DNA of 64,000 nucleotides from Gammaproteobacteria bacterium (GTDB taxonomy: Bacteria > Pseudomonadota > Gammaproteobacteria > JABABF01): contig OZ250153.1 in the NCBI GenBank assembly GCA_965237805.1, forward strand, positions 832,001-896,000, given 5' to 3'. The position numbers were made by a program, and so were the translations under genes. Below are positions 49,074 through 56,688 of this stretch, in pieces. Under the pieces are notes generated by a model. That model was not told the DNA's origin. It was given only the letters and a program-made list of their open reading frames with translations, and ran no database searches. Every line of letters begins with the position of its first letter. Positions within the stretch are counted from its first letter, which is position 1.

Positions 49074-49943
49074 CTAATAGGCCTTCAGAAAAGCATTCAT
49101 GATTAGCTCACGACTGCGCTCGGCACCGGGCAACTGCAGCTCCAATGCGGTGGCGGAAGCCAGCGCGGCATCCAAATCCTTTTCCGCCAAGTGGCCGAAG
49201 GGGCCTAAGACCTGCTCCGCCAGCTCGGCACCGCCGCCGTCGATGACCGCATCGCGGCCCTCGATGAAGCTGCGCATCTGCGCGGTGACGACACCGTTGG
49301 ACGCCCCCACATCGTAGAGCAGGCTGGCATCCAGCCCACAGGCCGCCGCCAGCTTGGCCGCCTCGTGGATGGCGATGAAGGCAGCGTAAGTCATGGCGTT
49401 GTTGCACAGCTTCAGCGCGAGGCCAGCGCCCAGCGCCCCGGCGTGGATGATCTTGTCGGCACTGGGTTCAAAGAACGGGCGGCAGCGCTGCAGCGCTGCC
49501 TTGGAGCCGCCGACCATGTAGCACAGCTTGCGGTTCTTGGCACCATCGGCACCGCCGGTGACCGGCGCATCGATCAACGCCAAGCCGCGCTCGGCGGCAT
49601 CGGCAGCCCATTTGCGCAGCCCCGACTGGCTGACGGTGGAGTGGATGGCAAACAAAGTTCCCGGCTCGGCGTGCTCCAGCAGGCCAGCGGAGCCGTAGAG
49701 CACGGCCTCCACATCAGCATCATCGCGCACACACAGGAAGATGGTGCGACAACGCCCGGCCAGCTGCGCCAAGTCGTCGGCACCCTCGGCACCTTGGGCG
49801 ACCAGCTCGGCCACCGCCTCCGGGCGCACATCGAAGGCCGTCAGCTGCCAGTCGTAGCGCCGTCCATCGGGATCGCCGATGAGATTGGCGCACATCGGGG
49901 CACCGATGTTCCCCAGACCGATAAAAGCGATGGGCTCTGTCAT
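49074..49943 (-). CDS. NAD(P)-dependent beta-hydroxyacid dehydrogenase (3-hydroxyisobutyrate DH family)
   Basis: FIGLGNIG, DAPVTGG, KLCNN, KDL; start placed at ATG 49943. Confidence 0.9.
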   Translation of the reverse strand: MTEPIAFIGLGNIGAPMCANLIGDPDGRRYDWQLTAFDVRPEAVAELVAQGAEGADDLAQLAGRCRTIFLCVRDDADVEAVLYGSAGLLEHAEPGTLFAIHSTVSQSGLRKWAADAAERGLALIDAPVTGGADGAKNRKLCYMVGGSKAALQRCRPFFEPSADKIIHAGALGAGLALKLCNNAMTYAAFIAIHEAAKLAAACGLDASLLYDVGASNGVVTAQMRSFIEGRDAVIDGGGAELAEQVLGPFGHLAEKDLDAALASATALELQLPGAERSRELIMNAFLKAY

Positions 49944-50111
49944 GGCTGCGACCTGTGCGGTGGACGGGATGGCTGCGGGCATTTGGCGCAGGGAGGTTAA
50001 TACTAGCAAGGATGCGGCGGGCGCAGATGGTGCTGGCATAGCGGCTCACCACGCCCCAGCACGGCAGCGGTCGACCGAGCTTACACTATAATTTCGGCGT
50101 ATTGCGGCCAT

Positions 50112-50188
50112 CGGAGTGTAGCTCAGCTTGGCAGAGCACTGCCTTCGGGAGGCAGGGGTCGTGAGTTCGAATCTCGCCACTCCGACCA
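50112..50188 (+). tRNA. tRNA-Pro(CGG)
   Basis: CGGAGTG acceptor stem, D-loop AGCTTGGCAGAGC, anticodon arm CTGCC-TTCGGGA-GGCAG, GTTCGAATC T-arm, encoded CCA. Confidence 0.97.
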
Positions 50189-50309
50189 TTGGAAAATAAC
50201 AGCTCGGCGCGTGTGGCGCGACAGCTGATGTAATCACAAGACGCCCGCTTGCGGCGGCAGATGGGCTTGTGCCATCTCAAAGCGTCGTGAGCCAGCCCCT
50301 GGTTGATGC

Positions 50310-50338
50310 TTGCATGCCGCACGGGAGTTTGCTATATT
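50310..50338 (+). promoter_or_regulatory. Putative sigma70 promoter for the peptide-SLATT pair
   Basis: TTGCAT, 17-nt spacer, TATATT with TGn extended -10, 30 nt before ATG 50368. Confidence 0.55.
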
Positions 50339-50367
50339 CGCTACACATTGCATGAATAGATTAGCTC

Positions 50368-50517
50368 ATGAGCAAGAAGCCTAGCAAAACGCCTGCTCCG
50401 CCTGCTACTCCACCCACACGCACCCCACGATCAACACCGAGCGGGAGACCTCTGACCAAAGAAGTAGTATTCTCCGTGCCGCCCCGAGAGCGCCCGCCAC
50501 CTCCAAGAAAGAAATGA
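50368..50517 (+). CDS. 49-aa Pro/Lys-rich peptide coupled to the SLATT-like gene (below the ORF track size cut-off)
   Basis: MSKKPSKTPAPPATPPTRTPRSTPSGRPLTKEVVFSVPPRERPPPPRKK; its TGA overlaps the next ATG (ATGA at 50514). Confidence 0.65.
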   Translation: MSKKPSKTPAPPATPPTRTPRSTPSGRPLTKEVVFSVPPRERPPPPRKK

Positions 50518-51104
50518 GCACCCCGATGACCGCGCACAAAGCACCAGACCTGACGATACCAGCGGGCGACCTGCTGACCGATTGCGAGCGCTCCATGCGC
50601 TATCACTCCAGCTGGAATCTGTTTTACTACCGCCTCCACTGTTGCCTTATGCTGCTGTTCTTCATGAGCGGCAGCGCCGTCTTTGCTGAATTTGATGCGG
50701 GGGGAAATGTCTGGTGGGGGCTATCGATTTACAAGTGGGTCGGCGCGGCCACCGCATTGATCGCCGCCCTCTCGGTAATCATCGACTTGCCGGGAAAGCG
50801 CGCCCTGCACAAATCCCTGTATCAGCGCTACGCCATGCTGGCGAGTGATGTCGTCGCCTGCGATGCCACCGAGCGGAAGCAGTGCGAACGCAAATGGAGT
50901 GCAGCGATCTACAACATCTACCGTGAGGAGCCACCGGGCTTCCGCGCCGCCAATGAGCATGCACACAATCAGATGTGCATCCAACTGGGCAACAAGTCCG
51001 AGCTGATCAAAATGAGATGGTGGCACTATTGCTTCATGCACTGGCTGCCCTTCAACAACAGCGAATTCCCCTACCGCAACCCCGAGCTGCGCCCAAGCAG
51101 CTGA
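50514..51104 (+). CDS. SLATT-like two-TM membrane protein
   Basis: RSMRYH, TM1-GSA-TM2, ALHKSLYQRY, EEPP..RA...AHN pattern resembling SLATT-type 2TM effectors (by eye). Confidence 0.6.
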   Translation: MSTPMTAHKAPDLTIPAGDLLTDCERSMRYHSSWNLFYYRLHCCLMLLFFMSGSAVFAEFDAGGNVWWGLSIYKWVGAATALIAALSVIIDLPGKRALHKSLYQRYAMLASDVVACDATERKQCERKWSAAIYNIYREEPPGFRAANEHAHNQMCIQLGNKSELIKMRWWHYCFMHWLPFNNSEFPYRNPELRPSS

Positions 51105-51142
51105 GCTGGCAATGCTGCCGCACCCCCACGGCACTCCATCCC

Positions 51143-51171
51143 CTCAGTACCGCGGGTGAACGATCTCCACG
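51143..51171 (-). repeat. Decayed copy of the 3' end of the neighbouring glycosyltransferase gene
   Basis: CTCAGTACCGCGGGTGAACGATCTCCACG vs CTCAGTGCCGCGGGTGGATGATCTCCAAG (51242-51270): VEIVHPRY* vs LEIIHPRH*. Confidence 0.75.
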
Positions 51172-51242
51172 CTACAGCAGTCGATTGCATCCGAGCTCTA
51201 GCGGGGGCACCCACTCTCACTCGCAATCCCCTGATCAGCAGC

Positions 51243-52886
51243 TCAGTGCCGCGGGTGGATGATCTCCAAGTCGGGCAGACCGTAGGAGCGGTGTCCCATG
51301 TCGCGGGCCATCATCGACAGACCCTCGGTCTCAATGTAATGGTGGTAAGGCTGCTCAGGGAAAACCAAGCCCCGGCGGTGTAGATCGGCACGCACCAGTA
51401 GCATCGTACCGCCAACGGCATCCAGCTCAGCGCAGCGCTCGTCGCGCAGCTCGCCCAGATAGCTGCGACCAAAACCCGATGGTGGCTGGATCAACCCGTC
51501 GACGATGTAGGGGGCAAAATCCGACTCGCCGAAACCTGGCTGGATGCGGAAAGTATTCTTGTCGAAAGTCTCACCGTCGGGGAAGATGCAGTGCGGCACG
51601 ATGATATCGCGCTCCTCAGCCAGCAGGCAGCGCAGCGCATTTGGCGGCCACCACTGCACATCGACATCGAACCACAGCACCCAGTCCTCATCACCCAGCG
51701 CCTGCTGGACGAGGCGGTTGCGGCTACAGGCCATGATGGAGCGGCGCCTCAGCTGCTCGGCGATGTCGCTGCGGGAGCGGTGAGTGCGATAGCCAAAGTG
51801 CTCTTGGAACAGCTGGAGCGAGTGGTACTCGGCCTCCAGCTCGCCACGGCGCGCCTCGAGAGCCTCCCAGCTGCCATCGTCGCTATCGCTCTCCAAAAAA
51901 GCCAATGACAGCTGGCTGTGTGGGAAGTCCAACGCGGCCAAGTTGGCAAAAAAATTGGGCAGGAAAGCGGCGGCGTTCTTGACCGGCACCGCCACCAGCA
52001 CACGCTGCGCGAGCTCCTGCTCGCCGAGCGCTCGCAGCGGCGCAAAGGGCGCACGCGGTGGCGGCGACGGAGTGGCGGAGCGACGGCGCAATAGGGCGAC
52101 GAGGCGGCGACGGACACTGCGCAACAACGGGTAGAGCTGCCGCGCCGCGCCGCTGATGGAGGCATTGGAATGCAACACCAGCCAGCGCCCACAACGGGCG
52201 ACGAGGCCGCGTCGTATCCAGCTGCCGTGCCAGTGGTGCAATGCGTAGCTGCGGGCGGTGCGCTCGGTGCGCAGCGAGTCGGCCAGCCCCGATTCGACCT
52301 CCTCCGCCGTCAGTGGGTAGAGTAACTCCGCAGGCAGCAACACGATGTCGCCGTGTGATTCATAGCGCTCGAAGGCAGCGCTGAGCATAAAGGGACCAGT
52401 GGCGTCCAGCGGGACGGCCTCTTCCCGGCGGGCGCGCAGCTCGGCGATGACAGCGCGCCAGAACGAGTGCTCCGGCACCGAGGCCATCAGCGCATTGCAC
52501 AGGATGCGCGAGAGCCCGCGCTCTCGGGCCAAGTCCCGTTCGGAATGCGCGGCAGGCTCGAGGCCGATCAGCACCGAGCCGCGGGCGAGCAGCTCATCAT
52601 CGAAGGGTCGCAGGCATTCAAAGTCCAGGTCGACATAGAGGCCGCCGAAGTGCAGTAGCAGGAAGTAACGCACCGCGTCGGCACGCATCACAGGCTCCGG
52701 ATAGGCATCGAAAATGGGCAGGAACCACGGGTAGTGCTCGGTGAGGAAGGCACGGTTGTCGGCATCTGTCCACAGCCGGTAATCCCAATCCGGATGGTGA
52801 TCGCGCCAAGTCTGCTGCCATGTGCGCAACGGTTCCGGCGGACTGTCGTCCTTCCATGTCTGGTGCAGGATGCGGGGGATAGACAT
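51243..52886 (-). CDS. Two-domain glycosyltransferase: Och1-like GT32 fused to an Anp1/Mnn9-like GT62 domain
   Basis: N-half IPRILHQTWK, RADAVRY..L..FGGLYVDLD, TGP, HHWHGSW; C-half RRSIMACSRN, DWVLWFDVDV, ELDAVGGTMLLVRADLHRRG..FP, IETEG..MMA..G. Confidence 0.85.
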   Translation of the reverse strand: MSIPRILHQTWKDDSPPEPLRTWQQTWRDHHPDWDYRLWTDADNRAFLTEHYPWFLPIFDAYPEPVMRADAVRYFLLLHFGGLYVDLDFECLRPFDDELLARGSVLIGLEPAAHSERDLARERGLSRILCNALMASVPEHSFWRAVIAELRARREEAVPLDATGPFMLSAAFERYESHGDIVLLPAELLYPLTAEEVESGLADSLRTERTARSYALHHWHGSWIRRGLVARCGRWLVLHSNASISGAARQLYPLLRSVRRRLVALLRRRSATPSPPPRAPFAPLRALGEQELAQRVLVAVPVKNAAAFLPNFFANLAALDFPHSQLSLAFLESDSDDGSWEALEARRGELEAEYHSLQLFQEHFGYRTHRSRSDIAEQLRRRSIMACSRNRLVQQALGDEDWVLWFDVDVQWWPPNALRCLLAEERDIIVPHCIFPDGETFDKNTFRIQPGFGESDFAPYIVDGLIQPPSGFGRSYLGELRDERCAELDAVGGTMLLVRADLHRRGLVFPEQPYHHYIETEGLSMMARDMGHRSYGLPDLEIIHPRH

Positions 52887-52993
52887 GGCACCAGTGGGCA
52901 CGTGGGATGGCACGGACATGATGCCATAATGAGGGGGTGTGAGCTGCGGCATCAGGGATGCAGTACAAAGGGGAAATCACGGGGTAATGGGAA

Positions 52994-53107
52994 ATGACTG
53001 AGCTGCGCTTGAACCCACAAGCCAAGCTCAAGGGTGCCCAATGGAGAGAAGCAGATGTCCTTGATTGGGGAACAGTGCTTAATACCCTCGCGTGGTTGAT
53101 CAGCTCG
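52994..53107 (+). pseudogene. Truncated N-terminus of a third KAP NTPase paralogue
   Basis: W-READ-VLD-WGTVLNTLAWLISS aligns with W-RQHD-LLD-RGVFVDVLCQLISL (KAP1) and W-CEAD-KLE-REVMANELCGLIDK (KAP2); similarity ends before Walker A. Confidence 0.6.
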
Positions 53108-53307
53108 ACCAACTATTGTTCGGACGACCTCCACTACCCTCCTAGTAGGCATAGGGCGTGTCCATCAAGCACAACCCCAGCATCTCCCACCTCCCCCCAG
53201 CCCTTGTGATAATCTAGCTCTCCCGCCACCGTCCCGCAACACCTCCGGAAGACGGGCAAGGCATGGCCAAAACGCAGCAATGACAGGCTAAGGAGAGCGC
53301 AAGCACG

Positions 53308-54594
53308 ATGAACAATGAGGCACTCCATCTGTGGCCGGGGCCAGCAATGCCCGAGGACAAAATGTGGCGACAACATGATCTCCTTGACCGGGGGGTTTTT
53401 GTCGATGTCCTCTGCCAGCTCATCAGCTTGTACCAATCCGGCCCGGGTTTTGTGGTCTCCTTGAATGGTCATCGGGGCACTGGCAAGAGCTTCCTCGCCA
53501 AGATGCTCTGCGAACAGCTGACGGAGCTCGGCATCTTGTCCGTCTATGTCGATACCTGCACCACTGGCTATGCCACCGACCCTCTCGCCACAATTACCAG
53601 CAAAATCATCCGATCCGACAGCTTGGACGCCGAGAAACGACGTGCGTTCCAAGCGGCCTTTCTCCGGATCAGGCCGCAGTACACCAGCGGGCAGCCCACA
53701 CCGGCTCCGCCGCCGATCGCCATGGCCGATCAGCTGATATCCACTGCGGAGGGTGCCCCCTCCTCCGGAGAATTCCGGGAGGCTTTGGCCGCTTTGGCGA
53801 TGGGTGATGGCACCGCACAGCCCATGCCCTTGGTGATCGTGGTGGACGAACTCGATCATTGCCCAACCAGCTACACGATGGAGATGCTGAGGGTGATCCA
53901 AAATTTCTTCCGTGTCCCAAATGTGTTCCTGCTGTTGCCAATCCATAAAAAGCAACTGGAACAGAGCGTCATCGATTGCTATGGGGAGATTGATTCGGCT
54001 GGCTATCTGCAAAAATTTATCAAATACAGCATCAAGGTGCCGACGCGGGACAACCCGAAGCACGGCTTGACCGATACCGAGCAATACATCGATCACCTCA
54101 ATCGCGACGCGGGCAACCTGCTGTCCTCCAATACCTGTGACTTCCTGACCAAGCTCGCCCTCATGCATCGGTGCTCTTTGCGGCAATTGGAGTTGATCGT
54201 CGTGCGCATCTCCATCCGCCTCGCCCTCCATCAGGGAAGCGCTTCCTTAATCAACTGGCTACTGGCCTATTTGGCCTGCGCTGAAATCGTGGATCCCCAA
54301 CACTTCAACAGACTGCAAACCGGCACCGAGACAACCGACGGGGTGGACGAGTTCTTGGGGTCACCTAAAACCCAACGGCTCGTGCGCGATGAAGAGCTGT
54401 GCGAGTTGAGGAACCTCATGTGTTATCTGCTGGACACTGATGCGGATATCAAACGCCGGGAAGGCCCCGGTGTCGGTGCCGAATTGATCCGAATCGGGGA
54501 AAACTTCATCGTGAATCCCTCCGCTCGGGAACACCGCAAGCAAATCATCCCCAGCCATGCCCAAGTCATGGCGAAATTCGATATCCGCTTATAA
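53308..54594 (+). CDS. KAP-family P-loop NTPase (KAP1)
   Basis: Walker A GHRGTGKS, Walker B IVVDELDHC, YG...GYLQKFI; AAGGAG RBS. Confidence 0.88.
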   Translation: MNNEALHLWPGPAMPEDKMWRQHDLLDRGVFVDVLCQLISLYQSGPGFVVSLNGHRGTGKSFLAKMLCEQLTELGILSVYVDTCTTGYATDPLATITSKIIRSDSLDAEKRRAFQAAFLRIRPQYTSGQPTPAPPPIAMADQLISTAEGAPSSGEFREALAALAMGDGTAQPMPLVIVVDELDHCPTSYTMEMLRVIQNFFRVPNVFLLLPIHKKQLEQSVIDCYGEIDSAGYLQKFIKYSIKVPTRDNPKHGLTDTEQYIDHLNRDAGNLLSSNTCDFLTKLALMHRCSLRQLELIVVRISIRLALHQGSASLINWLLAYLACAEIVDPQHFNRLQTGTETTDGVDEFLGSPKTQRLVRDEELCELRNLMCYLLDTDADIKRREGPGVGAELIRIGENFIVNPSAREHRKQIIPSHAQVMAKFDIRL

Positions 54595-54599
54595 ACCCG

Positions 54600-54809
54600 C
54601 CCTCAGATAGCTGCGCCCCAAACCCGATAGTGGCTGGATCAGCCCATCGGCCATGTGGAGGGCAAGCTCCGACTCACCGAAGCCCAGCTACGCGGAAGCT
54701 GTTCTTAGCAAAGATGCTGCCGTCTGGGAAGACGCAGGACGGCACGGTGATGTCGCGCTCCTCGGCCAACAGACTATGCAGTGCATTAGGTGGCCACTAC
54801 TGCACATCG
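54600..54809 (-). pseudogene. Decayed internal fragment of an Anp1-like glycosyltransferase paralogue
   Basis: Direct repeat of 51452-51664, roughly three-quarters identical by eye, with a TGG>TAG stop and a 2-nt deletion. Confidence 0.85.
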
Positions 54810-54920
54810 TATGGTGTAGGATGGGTTGGGGACATGATCCCATAATGTGGGGAGTGTGCTGTGGCTCTTGGGCTGCGGCACGGTAGAGTACGAACACATG
54901 CAGATTAAGGGAGCAGCGAG

Positions 54921-56276
54921 ATGACTGACGAAGGTGTGCAGATTATGCCGGGGGAGAAGGAAGAGGGGCCAACATGGTGCGAGGCCGACAAACTCGAACG
55001 GGAAGTTATGGCCAATGAACTGTGCGGGCTAATCGACAAAATCGATAGTAAAGCTGGCGCTGTCATTGCCGTGGACGGCGATTGGGGCACGGGCAAAACA
55101 TTTATCATGAAGATGTTGCAAGAAAAACTAAGTGCCAATAAGGTCGCAAATATCTATCTTGATGCCTATGAGACAGATTACATGGAGGATCCATTAATCA
55201 CTATTTCGAGCCAAATAATAGCGGCACAAAATCCAGATGCTGGGCAGGAGAATCCATTCAAATCGTCATTTTTAAAACTTATATGGGCTAGAATCATGAA
55301 AACAGGGCTGCGGGTGGCTGGCTTAGGGGTTTTAGAGGGCGTGGTCGACGATTATCAACAAGCACCTGAAGAATCCGCATTAGAGCAAGATATAAAAAAT
55401 AGTGTCGGCAGAATCGAGTTCGTCGCCGAATTCAAAAATCAGCTATCTGAAGTTGCACCAAGCATGACAAAGGTTGCAGATGACATTAAAGAAAACAAGT
55501 TGGTCATCATAGTAGACGAGCTAGATCGATGCAAGCCAAACTACACATTGAAGATGTTGGAAGTGATGAAGCATATTTTTACTGCAGAAAATATTATTTT
55601 CATTTTGTCTGTCAATAAAAAAATGTTGGAAAAAACAATAGAAAATACTTACGGAGAGGTCAATGCTCATCAATATCTTCAGAAATTTATAAGCTACAGC
55701 ATAGGGATATTGGCACCCAATAAAACGATGTCGGAGGGGCATGTCAGGGGTTTAGCTGCAGAAAGCCAACTTATTTTAAATCGGGACTCACTCGAATTGT
55801 TGACACACTTATTATCTCAAGGTGGTTGCTACTTACGAGATGTGCAGAAGATAATCGGCAACCTTGCTGTGTATAAAATGAAATATAATGAATATTTTGC
55901 ACAGCTGCAAGTATATGAAACATACATGGCATGCGCATATGTTATCAATCCAGCGCATTTCAACGCTCTGAGAACGGGCATGTCCACGATATCTCCAATA
56001 GAGAAGTTCTTGCAAATAGAAGTGGAGGGGTTATTACAAAATGCAACGATGTCGGCCCAAGGCAGTATCAGCGGTGCTATCTTAGCGCTTCGGGATCATA
56101 TGGTCTATCTAACTGTCTCAGATGAAAACATAAACAAGGAAGCAGGAGGAAATAATGCAGCCGATATCATACACGTGGGCGATAACATATTCCTAAACCA
56201 TGAGTACTCGATAAGGCGGGAGGACTGGATTCCTTTCTTTGCCGACAGGATCGCCGCATTAGCTCCCCAGCGCTAG
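54921..56276 (+). CDS. KAP-family P-loop NTPase (KAP2), AT-rich
   Basis: Walker A GDWGTGKT, Walker B IIVDELDRC, YG...YLQKFI; C-terminal region homologous to KAP1. Confidence 0.9.
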   Translation: MTDEGVQIMPGEKEEGPTWCEADKLEREVMANELCGLIDKIDSKAGAVIAVDGDWGTGKTFIMKMLQEKLSANKVANIYLDAYETDYMEDPLITISSQIIAAQNPDAGQENPFKSSFLKLIWARIMKTGLRVAGLGVLEGVVDDYQQAPEESALEQDIKNSVGRIEFVAEFKNQLSEVAPSMTKVADDIKENKLVIIVDELDRCKPNYTLKMLEVMKHIFTAENIIFILSVNKKMLEKTIENTYGEVNAHQYLQKFISYSIGILAPNKTMSEGHVRGLAAESQLILNRDSLELLTHLLSQGGCYLRDVQKIIGNLAVYKMKYNEYFAQLQVYETYMACAYVINPAHFNALRTGMSTISPIEKFLQIEVEGLLQNATMSAQGSISGAILALRDHMVYLTVSDENINKEAGGNNAADIIHVGDNIFLNHEYSIRREDWIPFFADRIAALAPQR

Positions 56277-56305
56277 CTATATTAGGATCCCCAAGCTAGG
56301 CACCA

Positions 56306-56602
56306 TCAGCTATCCACCCACTCCCTACAGAGTACTTCTGCTTGCTCTAAAACAGTGCGGGTGGCCTGCTCTTGCTTATCAGATGGATAGCCATGCCGAC
56401 GGAGGATACATTTTACTATGACGCGAATCTGTGCTCGGAAATTTTCTCCCAAGGCCTAATCGATTGTCACGCTCTGCCGCACCTTCTCGACTAATTCAAG
56501 GGCGATGGCCTGCATCAAGCCGTGCCCACGCATCGGCTTGTCGGCGTACATCGTGTGCAGTGACGGGCAATCGAATCCGGCCAGCTACATATCTCGAACA
56601 AT
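56306..56602 (-). pseudogene. hsdR: Type I restriction enzyme R subunit relic with a large internal deletion
   Basis: Minus strand reads [32 protein letters not shown] joined to [15 protein letters not shown]...[34 protein letters not shown] (helicase motif V/VI region + DUF3387-type tail). Confidence 0.88.
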
Positions 56603-56688
56603 CTATCGGGAAGCCCCGCACAACCTCTCCCACATGCCATAATTAGCCCCAACATCTTGCCCGCCCTCCCCCAACTGAAGCAACACCC

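Noticed and set aside
51452-54809. GT gene and relic pair as a diversity-generating retroelement VR/TR
   Set aside because: Mismatches are not adenine-specific and include an indel, and no reverse transcriptase is present in the window.
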